From Eledone cirrhosa (lineage: Eukaryota): a stretch of DNA of 64,000 bases. The DNA is taken from contig OZ024741.1 of assembly GCA_964016885.1 (NCBI GenBank), positions 219,294,001 through 219,358,000 on the forward strand, in the 5' to 3' direction. The translations under genes and the position numbers were made by a program. The notes beneath the pieces were generated by a model. That model was given only the letters and a program-made list of their open reading frames with translations, did not search any database and was not told the origin of the DNA. This document shows positions 1 through 12,834 of this stretch, piece by piece; the first letter of the stretch is position 1; every line of letters begins with the position of its first letter.

Positions 1-112
1 TACTGCCAATCCACCACCCATAGTTATTAATATAATGCCCCCATTGTGGTAAAAATACTCTTATAAAAATACAATTATATTAATAATTAACAATTATATT
101 AATAACTAAGGT

Positions 113-116
113 ATGT

Positions 117-181
<65 letters not shown>

Positions 182-262
182 ATAGTAATAGTAGTGGTGG
201 TAATAGTAATAGTAGGAGGGTCAGTAGTAGTAGTAGTAGTGGTGGTGGTGGTGGTAGTGGTG

Positions 263-316
<54 letters not shown>

Positions 317-409
317 ATGGTGGTGGTGGTAATAGTAATAGTAGTGGTGTTAATAGTAATAGCAGGGGGGTCAGTAGTAGTAGTAGTGGTGGTGGTGGTG
401 GTGGTGGTG

Positions 410-442
<33 letters not shown>

Positions 443-578
443 ATAGTGGTGGTAATAGTAATAGTAGGGGGGTCAGTAGTAGTAGTAGTGGTGGTGGTGG
501 TAATAGTAATAGTACAGGGGTCAGTAGTAGTAGTGGTGTTGGTGGTATTAGTAGTAGTAGTGGTGGTGGGGGGGTCAT

Positions 579-609
<31 letters not shown>

Positions 610-683
610 GGTGGTGATGGTGGCGATAGTAGTAGTATGGTGGTGGTGGTGGAGGGTTAGCAGTAGTAGTAGTAGTAGTAGTG

Positions 684-745
<62 letters not shown>

Positions 746-780
746 GGTGGTGAGGGTGGTGGTAGTAGTAGTAGTATTAA
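113..780. repeat. Compound (GTA)n/(GTG)n trinucleotide microsatellite
   Basis: Visible directly; explains the poly-V, poly-L/P and poly-T ORFs. Confidence 0.95.
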
Positions 781-789
781 TGGTGGTCA

Positions 790-935
790 TTAAATCTATC
801 TCAGTGCATTACTGGTACTTTATTTTATCGATCTCAGAAGGATGAAAGGCAAAGCTAACCTCGGTGGGATTTGAACTCAGAATCTAAAGGGACGTAACTA
901 CATGCCACAAAACTTGTTGTCCAATGCTCTATCGA
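790..935 (-). mobile_element. tRNA-derived SINE with Nin/Deu-type core
   Basis: Reverse complement contains box B GAGTTCAAATCC and the core GCCTTTCATCCTT...TCGATAAAATAAAGTACCAGT. Confidence 0.85.
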
Positions 936-978
936 TAATCAAATAAAAGAAAGAATAATAATTATGAGAGTCAAGTTA

Positions 979-1032
979 TATTTAGTCAAGAAAATGTTCC
1001 TTTATATAAAGGAACATTTTCTTGACTAAATA
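979..1032. repeat. Perfect 54-bp palindrome
   Basis: TATTTAGTCAAGAAAATGTTCCTTTAT|ATAAAGGAACATTTTCTTGACTAAATA. Confidence 0.9.
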
Positions 1033-1146
1033 AACAGTTCACCATATTTACTGCAAGTACAAGCTAAGAATTAAATTCTTTAGTACTTATTATTAGTAGT
1101 ATATATGTACAGTTTTAATGTTAACAGCATTGTTCTTCTTCCCATC

Positions 1147-2522
1147 CGGTGCTTTTTGTCATGACACCTACACAACCACTTTACAGTGTGGACTGGGTGT
1201 TTTTTGTCATGACACCTACACAACCACTTTACAGTGTGGACTGGGTGTTTTTTGTCATGACACCTACACTACCACTTTACAGAGTGGACTGGGTGCTTTT
1301 TGACATGACACCTACAATACCACTTTACAGTGTGGACTGGGTCCTTTTGTCATGACACCTACATGACCTCTTTACAGTATGGACTGGGTGCTTTTTGACA
1401 TGACACCTACAATACCACTTTGCAGTGTGGACTGGGTCCTTTTGTCATGACACCTACATGACCACTTTACAGTGTAGACTGGGTGCTTTTTGCCATGACA
1501 CCTACAATACCACTTCACAGTGTGGACTGGGTCCTTTTGTTATGACTCCTACATGACCACTTTACAGTGTGGACTGGGTGCTTTTTGACATGACACCTAC
1601 AATACCACTTTACAGTGTGGACTGGGTCTTTTTGTCATGACACCTACATGACCACTTTACAGTGTGGACTGGGTGCTTTTTGCCATGACACCTACAATAC
1701 CACTTCACAGTGTGGACTGGGTCCTTTTGTCATGACACCTACATGACCACTTTACAGTGTGGACTGGGTGCTTTTTGACATGACACCTACAATACCACTT
1801 TACAGTGTGGACTGGGTCTTTTTGTCATGACACCTACATGACCACTTTACAGTGTGGACTGGGTGCTTTTTGACATGACACCTACAATACCACTTTACAG
1901 TGTGGACTGGGTCTTTTTGTCATGACACCTACATGACCACTTTACAGTGTGGACTGGGTGCTTTTTGACATGACACCTACAATACCACTTTACAGTGTGG
2001 ACTGGGTCTTTTTGTCATGACACCTACATGACCACTTTACAGTGTGGACTGGGTGCTTTTTGACATGACACCTACAATACCACTTTACAGTGTGGACTGG
2101 GTCTTTTTGTCATGACACCTACATGACCACTTTACAGTGTGGACTGGGTGCTTTTTGACATGACACCTACAATACCACTTTACAGTGTGGACTGGGTCCT
2201 TTTGTCATGACACCTACATGACCACTTTACAGTGTGGACTGGGTGCTTTTTGCCATGACACCTACAATACCACTTCACAGTGTGGACTGGGTCCTTTTGT
2301 TATGACTCCTACATGACCACTTTACAGTGTGGACTGGGTGCTTTTTGACATGACACCTACAATACCACTTAACAGTGTGGACTGTGTCCTTTTGTCATGA
2401 CACCTACATGACCACTTTACAGTGTGGATTGGGTGCTTTTTGCATGACACCTACATGACCACTTTACAGAGTGGACTGGGTGCTTTTTGCCATGACACCT
2501 ACAATACCACTTTATAGTATGG
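1147..2522 (+). repeat. Minisatellite, 39/40-bp units forming a 79-bp dimer; related to the RTE 3' tail
   Basis: Unit CATGACACCTACATGACCACTTTACAGTGTGGACTGGGTGCTTTTTG; the same motif occurs at low copy in RTE tails at ~62000-62080, 62640-62720 and 63640-63725. Confidence 0.9.
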
Positions 2523-2619
2523 GCAACAATATAAAATAACAACAATAATGAATACACTCCCTACAGCCTTAAAAAAGGGGTCACATTGGTTTATGTGGTC
2601 CTGGATTCTGTGCATTTGA

Positions 2620-2800
2620 TATAATGGTTTCTGATTTAGGCATAAGGCCAGCAATTTTGGATGGAGAGGAAAGTCGATTAAATTGACTCCAGTGCATTAC
2701 AGGTACTTTATTTTATCGACCCCATAAGGATGAAAGGCAAAGTTAACCTTGGCAGGATTTGAACTCAGATCGTAAAGGGCCGTAACTCTATGCTGAAAAT
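2620..2800 (-). mobile_element. tRNA-derived Nin/Deu-type SINE
   Basis: Reverse complement of the box B and core seen in the other copies. Confidence 0.85.
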
Positions 2801-3086
2801 TGTGTACAGTGCTGAGGTGCACTACTACTGGAAAATATAAGATTTATGAAGAATATAAGATTGTACTCAACTGGAATGCTTTTGATCATAGATCTGCTTG
2901 ATCGGGGCAGACCCAGGGCTAAACAACAACAACCACCTGCTTGAAAAAAACATGAAAACAAAATAATGACAACAATAATAACAACAATAATCTCCTTAAG
3001 TGTTTAAATGCCTCATTAGGAGCATTAATCTATTTAGTATTACAGTTGTGATGTCTATGTTGATGTGAACAGGAATATGTGAGGTT

Positions 3087-3135
3087 GTGAATATGTGTGG
3101 GTGTGTGTCTGTGTGTGTGTGTGTGTGTGAGGGTG

Positions 3136-3166
<31 letters not shown>

Positions 3167-3424
3167 GTGTGTCTGTGTGTGTGTGTGTGTCTGTGTGTGT
3201 GTGAGGGTGTGTGTCTGTGTGTTTGTGTGTATATGTGTGTGTATGTGTGTATATGTGTGTGTGTTATTTTTTTATGTGTCTACGATTTAGTAAGCAGTCA
3301 AAATTCTGCTTGCCCCAAAGCTGTCGTGTGTATGTGTTTGTGTGTGTGTGTGTTATTTTTTTATGTGTCTACGATTTAGTAAGCAGTCAAAATTCTGCTT
3401 GCCCCAAAGCTGTCGTGTGTTTGT

Positions 3425-3468
<44 letters not shown>

Positions 3469-4380
3469 TTATGTGTGTACGATTTAGTAAGCAGTCAAAA
3501 TTCTGCTTGCCCCAAAGCTGTCATGTGTTTGTGTGTATATATGTGTGTGTGTGTGTGTGTGTGTTATTTTTTTATGTGTCTACGATTTAGTAAGCAGTCA
3601 AAATTCTGCTTGCCCCAAAGCTGTCGTGTGTTTGTGTGTATGTGTTTGTGTGTATGTATGTGTGTATGCGTGTGTATTATCTTTTTATGTGTCTATACGT
3701 TTTAGTAAGCAGCCAAAATTCTGCTTGCTTCAACCGACGCAATTGATCAACTCAAGGTTCTATAACATATGCACTGCATGCGTTGCAAGCACGGACCCTT
3801 CGCCCCTGGTCTATATATGTGTGTGTGTTTGTGTATGTTATTGCATGTACATGTTTACAGTGTATGTGTGTTTATCTCTATATATGTGTGTGTTTATGTG
3901 TGTGTGTGTTTGTGTATGTTATTGTATATGTGTGCATGTGTGTGTTTGTTTATGCCTATATGTGTGCGTGAGTTAGTTTACATCTATATATATGTGTGTG
4001 TTAGTTTACATCTATATATGTGTGTGTGCGTTTACATCTATATATGTGTGTGTGCGTTTACATCTATATATGTGTGTGTTTACATCTATATATGTGTGTG
4101 TGCGTTTACATCTATATATGTGTGTGTTTACATCTATATATGTGTGTGTTTACATCTATATATGTGTGTGTGCGTTTACATATATATATGTGTGTGTTTA
4201 CATCTATATAGGTGTGTGTGTGTGTGTCAGTTTACATCCATTTATGTGTGTGTGTTAGTGAACATCTATATAGGTGTGTGTGTGTGTGTGTGTCAGTTTA
4301 CATCCATTTATGTGTGTGTGTTAGTGAACATCTATATAGGTGTGTGTGTGTGTGTGTGTTTACATATATATGTGTGTGTT
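3087..4380. repeat. (GT)n-rich compound repeat with a ~45-bp motif repeated 5 times (3280-3730)
   Basis: TACGATTTAGTAAGCAGTCAAAATTCTGCTTGCCCCAAAGCTGTC separated by (GT)n tracts of variable length. Confidence 0.9.
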
Positions 4381-4551
4381 TGTAGTAAGATCAGTCACGC
4401 AGGGTAACCTTGGTGTCTCTGATTTTTCTATTTATTCCAGCAGATTAAGACACGCATGTTATTGTTACTAATACATACATACATACATATATATACATAC
4501 ATACATACATATATATACATACATACATACATATATATATATACATACATA

Positions 4552-4588
<37 letters not shown>

Positions 4589-4629
4589 AGTAAAACCTAC
4601 TACAGTCAGTAGGCATCTCTAACAAAATA

Positions 4630-4978
4630 CACCCCCGTCCCACCACCCCCACCTCATCCACACCACCCCGTTCTATGTAAAGTTATGTTGGTGCCACACC
4701 ATCCAGGCCGAAACAAATGAGATCGTGTAGGTATCACGACAAAAAAACACACAGTCCACGCTGTAATGTGGCCGTGTAGGTAACACGGTAAAAACCTCCC
4801 AGCCCCACACTGTAAATGTGGTTGGTGTTAGGAAGGGCATCCAGCTGTAGAAAACCTGCCAGACAGTCCTATGCGAGCAAGACAATCACTCTTGCCTCAA
4901 GTGGGAAAACCCCCGTCCAAACCCATGCAAGCGTGGAACACGGACGTTAAACGTTGATGATGATGATGATGATGATGA
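4630..4978 (+). mobile_element. RTE-clade LINE 3' tail or derived SINE ending in (GAT)n
   Basis: GTTGGTGTTAGGAAGGGCATCCAGCTGTAGAAA...GACGTTAAACG(ATG)n; closely similar to 61880-62230. Confidence 0.8.
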
Positions 4979-5020
4979 TATATATATATACAAACATCTA
5001 TTGTTACTATTATTGTTATT

Positions 5021-7587
5021 CGGTCTTTGGCGGACCGAGACGGACACGAGATAAGCGATTCCAAGCGGATGTGTGAGGCCTTTCGCCAGCACTTTGCTCG
5101 GTTGTTCGGGGAGAGTGGCGGGTCAGAGAGAGTAGCGGATTTCAGTCCCTACCTTGACGGCTTGCCGCGCATCTCGACGGTCGACGCTGAGCGCTGCGAA
5201 AGGCCGATTACTTCAGCCGAAATTCAGGACGCCCTTGTCGGCTGCATGAGGCGCAAGTCACCCGGCTTGGATGGCCTGCCCTACGAGCTTTACGTAAATA
5301 TGCCAGACTTGTTCTCCGAACTCCTCGAAGCACTCTACTGTAACTGGCAGCAGAATGGGAGTATTCCCAGTTCTGTGAGCAGGGGAGTGGTGACGCTGAT
5401 AAGGAAAGACGAGAACAAGAGGGATACATTAGACAACTTCAGGCCCATAACTCTGCTAAACACAGAGTTTAAGATTTTGGCCAAGGTGTTAGCAAAGAGA
5501 TTGGCGCTTGTCGTCGAGGATTTGGTTGGGGAGGCGCAAACTTGCGCAATCTCAGCCAGGTCCATACACGACAATCTCCACCTCATGCGATACATCATAG
5601 AGAGGGTAGGGTGTAAACCTGGCTTCGGTGGGGCACTGATCAATTTAGATCAATCGAAAGCATTCGATAGGGTCGACCATCGGTATCTGGAGTTTGTCCT
5701 CAAAGCAGCTGGCTTCGGCCCTGTCTTTAGAAGCTGGATCGTTGCAATGCACAGCGGCACACGCTCGGTGGTCAAAGTTAATGGCCACCTCTCGGAACCA
5801 TTTCGGCTCTCCCGATCGGTCCGTCAAGGGTGCCCTCTCTCTTCCCTTCTGTACGTATTGACTCTCGAGCCTTTACTGCGGAAGCTGGAGCTGTTGCAGG
5901 GCATCCCGCTCGAACCGGGACGCGGAAAGGCGGTGTCGGCTTATGCGGACGACATCACCGTGATGGTGTCGAACACCTCAGAAATCGAGGTGGTCGTCAC
6001 CTTATTGAAAGAATATGAAAGGTTGACAGGAGCCAAACTTAACCCGGAAAAGTTGGTGGGCTTGCAGCTCGGAACTTGGAGAGGCAAGCCCATGCGTCCA
6101 ACAGCGTCGTGGGGCGCTGGACGGACGGACCAGTAAAGTTGCTCGGGGTTTGGTTCGGACCAGACCTCCAGGTGGAAAAGAATTGGGACGAGGTAACGAG
6201 CAGAGTAGCCAGTCTCACCCAAAAATGGGCTGGGAGGAAGCTATCACTGAAAGGTCGCGCGGGGGTGGCGAATGCGTACATCGCGTCCGTCATCTATTAC
6301 CGCCTAACCGTCGTGCCTTGCCCCCGTCCGCGCCTCGTCAAGTTGGAACGGCTCCTCTTCAAATTCTTGTGGAGGGGACAAGTTCCGTTGGTGAGGCGGT
6401 CCATCTGCTGCCAGCACCCTCTACGCGGAGGGCTGTGCATGCCGTGGCTAATGATGCGCAGACATGCGTTGAGGCTGCGACATCTCCAGATATTCTGCCT
6501 CAATGGTGAACAGGTGTGGTCGCCGTTTATCAGACGGGCCTTTCCGCAGCTCATTTCTTTGACTGAGCTGCAGTCCTGGGTCAAGAAGAGACCGAGACTG
6601 GGTGACTGGCACCTGGAATGTTGCCAGGCACTCACTGCCCTCTACCAAGCGGGCAATGCGATCAGTGGAACTTCCACTCTCGAGTTTTATAGAGGATTAG
6701 TGGGGGGCAAGTGCGATGACGCACTCGGAGAAGCTTCGGGCCTCGACGAAGTCGAACTGACCAGTCTGTACCGGAGGACTTTTGAGCCGGGGACGATGGA
6801 CAATTTCCAGAAATCCCTCGCTTGGCAGTGCTACCGGGGGGCACTGCCGGTTCGGGATAAACTCTACAGGCACGGAAGTGCTGTCAGACGGACCTGCCCA
6901 AGATGCGCACAGAACGACGAAACCGTTCTGCACGCACTTGTCCAATGTCCGTGCATTACTGACTTGTGGAGTTATGTCGAACAGCTACTGTCGCGTGTGG
7001 AACGAATCCAGTTATCGGCCGAGTCCATAGTGAAGATCGAGCCGCCACCTTCCTTAGGTCAGGAAGAGCAGGACATTTTCCTCTGTCTGGTGGCAGTTGC
7101 GAAAGTGATTATATGGTGGACCAGGTTGAAAGGACTAAAGACAGACACTTTTCTTTTCGGCCAATCCCTCATCAACTTCTTCAAGTTTCACCTGGAAAGG
7201 AGGGTGAGGGTGGAGAGAGAAGTGCTGCCCCCCAGTACATTTGCTAAAAGGTGGGTGAATGTGGCGAGAATGGCTCGTGTGAATGGGCCTACTCTGACCA
7301 TGCGCCTATAGGCTAGCTAACTTGAGGAGAGGGGTGCTCTCCTGGGTGCCCTAGAAGCGCAGGGTGGTTCAGGATTGGTGGGGTACCCGAATCACCCCAG
7401 GGTCGTCCACCCCCTATCGGGGAATTTATTTTGTTATATTTTGCATAGTTTATTTTATATTTTATATTTTCATTGTTAAATTAGTCTTGCCATTGTGCAC
7501 TTTTACTCGACCTTATTGTAAACCCCCACTGTCCCTGTCTTTGTATTGTCCCCTACATGTCGGCCCTTGTGGCTAATAAATGAAATC
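5021..7587 (+). mobile_element. 5'-truncated L1/Tx1-clade non-LTR retrotransposon
   Basis: RT motifs (KSPGLDGL, FRPITLLN, LDQSKAFDRV, RQGCPLS, YADD); C-terminal CPRC-x8-HALVQC; AATAAA near the 3' end; 12-bp TSD ATTATTGTTATT at 5009-5020 and 7588-7599; GC-rich relative to flanks. Confidence 0.93.
5027..7311 (+). pseudogene. LINE ORF2 (RT + zf-RVT), 5'-truncated, one frameshift near 6090
   Basis: ORFs 5027-6136 and 6076-7311 are consecutive parts of one protein. Confidence 0.9.
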
Positions 7588-7659
7588 ATTATTGTTATTG
7601 TTATTATTTATGTTGTTCTGTTTCTCACGTAGATGTTATTAATTCGATGGACAACTGTT

Positions 7660-7880
7660 GATCAGCAATAATCGGTAGAGCGTCAGACACCCTGCTTTGA
7701 GTCATAGGGCTACGCTCCTTTATGTTCTGAGTTCAGCATTCTGAGTTCAAATCCTGCCTAAGTTAGCTTTGCCTTTCATCCTTAAGGATTCAATAAAATA
7801 AAATACCAGTAATACACTGGTTCCATTAAATCAACTTTCCCCTCCCTTTTAAATTGTGCCTAAAGCAGAAACAATTATTT
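7660..7880 (+). mobile_element. Nin/Deu-type SINE, diverged
   Basis: GAGTTCAAATCC box B followed by GCCTTTCATCC core. Confidence 0.75.
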
Positions 7881-7995
7881 CTTCTTTGCCCACTTATTCC
7901 TGAGAGTGAGGTGGGGGCAGAGTCCTCAAACATTCCTTCCAGTAGGTCCTGTCAGACTGATCTAGATACACTTTGTTATTTGTTTTATTTATTTA

Positions 7996-8852
7996 CACCC
8001 AGTCCACACTGTAAAGTGGTAGTGTAGGAGTCATGACAAAAAACACCCAGTCCACTCTGTAAAGTGGTAGTGTAGGTGTCATGACAAAAGCACCCAGTCC
8101 ACTCTGTAAAGTGGTCGGGTACGAGTCATGAAAAAAGCACCCAGTCCACACTGTAAAGTGGTCGGGTAGGAGTCATGACAAAAGCACCCAGTCCACTCTG
8201 TAAAGTGGTCGGGTAGGAGTCATGACAAAAGCACCCAGTCCACTCTGTAAAGTGGTCGGGTAGGAGTCATGACAAAAGCACCCAGTCCACACTGTAAAGT
8301 CGTCAGGTTGGTGTCATGACAAAAGCACCCAGTCCATACTGTAAAGTGGTAGTGTAGGAGTCATGACAAAAGCACCCAGTCCACTCTGTAAAGTGGTAGT
8401 GTAGGAGTCATGACAAAAGCACCCAGTCCACACTGTAAAGTCGTCAGGTTGGTGTCATGACAAAAGCACCCAGTCCATACTGTAAAGTGGTAGTGTAGGA
8501 GTCATGACAAAAGCACCCAGTCCACACTGTAAAGTCGTCAGGTTGGTGTCATGACAAAAGCACCCAGTCCATACTGTAAAGTGGTAGTGTAGGAGTCATG
8601 ACAAAAGCACCCAGTCCACTCTGTAAAGTGGTAGTGTAGGAGTCATGACAAAAGCACCCAGTCCACACTGTAAAGTCGTCAGGTTGGTGTCATGACAAAA
8701 GCACCCAGTCCATACTGTAAAGTGGTAGTGTAGGAGTCATGACAAAAGCACCCAGTCCACACTGTAAAGTCGTCAGGTTGGTGTCATGACAAAAGCATCC
8801 AGTCCATACTGTAAAGTGGTAGTGTAGGTGTCATGAAAAAAATACCCAGTCA
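7996..8852 (-). repeat. 39-bp minisatellite, same family as 1147-2522 in opposite orientation
   Basis: Unit GCACCCAGTCCACACTGTAAAGTGGTAGTGTAGGAGTCATGACAAAA with alternating variants. Confidence 0.9.
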
Positions 8853-9515
8853 TGCACTGGGGTCGATTTAATTGACTTTCTCTTCTCCCCAGAATTGCTG
8901 GCCTTGTGCTTGAATCAGAAATCATTAAAGGTGGTGAATTGGCAGTATCGGCAGGTCGAACAACATGCTTTGCAGCATAGAGTTATGGCCCTTTACGTTC
9001 TAATTTCAAATCCCTGCTGAGGTTAGCTTTACCTTTCATCCTTACGGGGTCGAAGAAATAAAGTACCAGTAACACACTGGGGTTGATATAATCAACTTTC
9101 CCCTCCCCATAAAATTATTGGTCTTGTGCCTTAATCAAGGCAGTATCGGTAGAAGGTCTGACGCCATGCTTTGCAGCAAAGAGTCACGGCCCTTTATGGT
9201 CTGAGTTCAAATCCTGCCGAGGTTAACTTTGCCTTTTATCCTTACGGGGTCGATAAAATAAAGTACCAGTAATGTACTGGGTAATTGCTGGGTTTGTGCC
9301 AAATGTAGAAACAATTATTATTAGTGGATTGGGAGTATCGGTAGAGGGTCGGATGCTATGCTTTACAGCATAGAGTTATGGCCCTTTATGATCATTTGAG
9401 TTCAAATTGCACCGAGGTTAACTTTGCCTTTCATCCTTACGGGGTCGATAAAATAAAATACCAGTAATGCACTGGATTAATTGCTGGCCTTGTGCGAAAA
9501 GTAGAAGCATTATTA
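8852..9515 (+). mobile_element. Head-to-tail cluster of three Nin/Deu-type SINEs plus a partial 3' end
   Basis: Core CCTTT(C/T)ATCCTTACGGGGTCGA...AAATAAA.TACCAGT at ~9030, ~9230 and ~9425; box A TGGCAGTATCGG. Confidence 0.85.
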
Positions 9516-9635
9516 CTGTTATTATCATTGTTATTGTTCCTGTTGTTATTCCTGTTGTTATTTATGTTGTTATTTATGTTGTTATTGGGTTGTTATTTAT
9601 GTTGTTATTGTGTTGATGTTCTATTTCACACGTAG

Positions 9636-9710
9636 ATGTTATTAATTCAATGGGAAAGTTTTTAGGTTTTCACTGACAATAAAATCATTGTAAAAGGTAT
9701 AGAAAAGGAG
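9636..9710 (+). other. Exon-like segment (possible host exon or pseudo-exon)
   Basis: Acceptor ...CACACGTAG| and donor GAG|GTAAGT; open only if one T is removed (DVINSMGKFLGFTDNKIIVKGIEKE); the acceptor and first ~18 nt are duplicated at ~7621-7650. Confidence 0.3.
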
Positions 9711-9747
9711 GTAAGTGAAATAAACTGACTTAGGATTTAGTTGAAGA

Positions 9748-9778
<31 letters not shown>

Positions 9779-10028
9779 CGATCACTGTCATCGTTATCAG
9801 CATCGTCATCATCACCATCGCCGTCATCATCATTAACATCATCATTACCATTAGCATCATCATCATCAACATAGTTCCTACATGGAATTTTTCTTGCTAG
9901 CATGGGTTGGATGGGACATTTTGTGGCAATGTTTCACAGCCAAATGCTGTTACTGACAATAACCATTTTCTATGTTAGCATTGAGTGCTCAAACTGGTAA
10001 ACCATTAGTAATTAAACATTATACACCA

Positions 10029-10078
<50 letters not shown>

Positions 10079-10172
10079 GTGGAACACTGGAAGGTAATAT
10101 CCGTAGTGGTAGAGCACTCAGTCCAAGGGACGAGTTAGGTAGAAGTGGTTACACAACAGTTAGTTCACCATA

Positions 10173-10212
10173 CCGAGAACAATTGTTTCACCTTCGCGGA
10201 TCTTCAGCTCGG
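10173..10212 (-). ncRNA. Type I hammerhead ribozyme
   Basis: CCGAG-CUGAAGA-UCCGCGAAGGU-GAAACAAUUGUU^-CUCGG; palindromic stem III. Confidence 0.8.
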
Positions 10213-10223
10213 GATGTGTATGG

Positions 10224-10291
<68 letters not shown>

Positions 10292-10338
10292 AAAACCACA
10301 GATGTGAGAAAAACCACAGACCCTCCATCTCAACTCTA

Positions 10339-10374
10339 CTTTTGAAAAGCAGAAGAACTACGAAACCGGTAAAG
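10339..10374 (+). ncRNA. Minimal hammerhead, U3-A8 core variant
   Basis: CUU-UUGAAAA-GCAGAAGAACUAC-GAAACCGGUA^-AAG; 10287-10452 is a reverse copy of the PLE 3' end at 24025-24175. Confidence 0.65.
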
Positions 10375-10702
10375 GAACCAAATAAATATATTTATTTAAA
10401 AAAAAAGACTACAGTTGCATTTTCGATTTCATCTTTTTTCCTTATCTCCTTATAATATATAACCAGCAATTTCTCTGTCTGTCTGTCCGACAGTGGAAAC
10501 ACGTGCGCGCGTGGTTGCTATCTCCCTCTCTTTTAGTCTGTTTCTCTCACTCTCACTCTTTCTCTTTGTAACACACTAACATTCCTCCTCTCTATCGCTG
10601 TGATGAATGGGGAGATGGAGGAGGAGGAGAGAGTGACTTCGTCACTTCACCTCTGCCTTTCTTTCTCTCCCCTCTCACTCCCTCATTACGTACAGACATT
10701 AG

Positions 10703-10893
10703 GGCGGTGGATTGGCAGAATCTGTAGAGAGTCGGACACCATGCTTCATGGCATGGAGTTACGTCCCTTTACGGTCTGAGTTCAAATACCGCCGAGGTTA
10801 ACTTTGCCTTTCATCCTCACGGGGTCGATAAAATAAAGTACCAGTAATGTACTGGGTAATTGCTGGCCGTGTGCCAAAAGTAGAAATAATTAT
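10703..10893 (+). mobile_element. Full-length Nin/Deu-type tRNA-SINE
   Basis: Box A TGGCAGAATC, box B GAGTTCAAATAC, core, and ATT tail. Confidence 0.9.
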
Positions 10894-11135
10894 TAGAAAC
10901 ATTGCTTCATTTTTACATATCTAAGCATTAGTAAAATAACTAATAATTTCAAAAGTAATTTTTCAATTCCAATTGTTATGAACAGCAAAACATTAATAAT
11001 AATTTTGTTCTAAGAAATATATATACATTTCTGTGTGTGTAATATATATACACACAGAAATATATATACATTTCTGTGTGTGTAATATATATATATATAT
11101 ACACACAGAAATGTATATACATTTTTGTGTGTGTA

Positions 11136-11168
<33 letters not shown>

Positions 11169-11194
11169 GAAATATATATACATTTCTGTGTGTG

Positions 11195-11298
<104 letters not shown>

Positions 11299-11385
11299 AC
11301 AAATAACGAAACGAAATTAAATTTCGTTTCATTTGTAACTCACTTTTGTATGACTGACGCTTAAACAATTAAGTTAATAATTAAC

Positions 11386-11449
<64 letters not shown>

Positions 11450-11585
11450 AGTGTAATTTTCTACACAAAACGAAGGTTATAGAGAAAATTGAGGTTGGTA
11501 ATGGCACATGGAATATATAAGAGACAGAATACTTTTTTGTGAAAAAACATAATTTTATAAGGTAAGGAAATAATAAAGGGTATAA

Positions 11586-11633
11586 AAAATGACCGGTTTC
11601 GATGGGTCTGCAAAAGCCATCTTTTCAAATGTT
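11586..11633 (-). ncRNA. Minimal hammerhead, U3-A8 core variant
   Basis: AACAU-UUGAAAA-GAUGG...CCAUC-GAAACCGGUC^-AUUUU. Confidence 0.65.
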
Positions 11634-12090
11634 GATTAATATTAAGAAAAAATTAATAATACGAAGAGTTAAAATTTGAGACTTGAAAATTCAAGTATAA
11701 AATTCATTGTGGGATTTCATAGCAGTTTTCATCTAGGTAGCAACAACAGGTTGACTGCTGTGTCCCTTTCTGGTAGTGAATGAGAAGTTATTTGGGGTGT
11801 GGGTTATTTTATAAAGGTCAGATTTAGCAATCACCAACTGGCCAGCTGCTGGTCAGTGAGGGGGTGGAAGCAATATACATACACATATCTTCCTGTGATG
11901 GGTAGGAGAGTGGGGCGTGATAGAAAGGGATTTAGTGCACTTACACCTATATATACACACATACCTTCATCCACACATACATACATATACATATACATAT
12001 ATATATATATATATATATACATATACACACATACATACACACACACATACATATACATACACACATACACACACACACATATATACACAT

Positions 12091-12129
<39 letters not shown>

Positions 12130-12194
12130 TATATATACATACACATACATCCAGATACACACATACATACACACACACACACACATATATATAT

Positions 12195-12248
<54 letters not shown>

Positions 12249-12834
12249 CCCCACACATACATACACACACACACACATATATATATATACATACACACAT
12301 ACAAACATACACACACACACACATATATATACACACATACACACACATATATATATACACACACACACACACACGCATATATATATATATACACATACGC
12401 ATACATCCAGATACCCACATACATACACACACACACACACACGCACACACAATACATACATCCACATGCACACACATACACATACATACACCCACACACA
12501 GAGAAATGGCCTTCAAATATATATATATATATATACATACAGACACATATATTTTTTCCATAATATAAGAAGTTGGGGCAGTGAAATTAAAATACAAGTC
12601 ATTCTGATCACATTGAGTTCTTCATGTAGATTGGGCCCCGCAACCGACAGTGGTGAATTCTGTGTGCGCATATATATATAGATATATGTGTGTGCACGTG
12701 CAGGGTTTAACATGGATGTGTTGGTCACACAAAGGCATGGTCTGTCAATGAATAAACCTGATTCTACAGAATTGGTCTCTGGTCTTTAATAGTAGTGATT
12801 CCGTGCGTATGTGTGTTTATATTTTATGACAATT

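Noticed and set aside
99-793. Long poly-V, poly-L/P and poly-T ORFs
   Set aside because: Stop-free translations of a trinucleotide microsatellite
1147-2522. CRISPR-like appearance of regularly spaced ~40-bp repeats (also 7996-8852 and 3265-3730)
   Set aside because: No unique spacers, no cas genes, eukaryotic context; these are minisatellites
10703-10800. tRNA gene (box A and box B present)
   Set aside because: Followed by the SINE core and tail in every copy; no cloverleaf evident
11799-12681. YI/HT/CV-repeat ORFs (also 3087-4407, 37696-38131, 45889-47476, 49679-50590, 52938-53568, 55076-55813)
   Set aside because: Translations of (TA)n/(CA)n tracts with no coding signal
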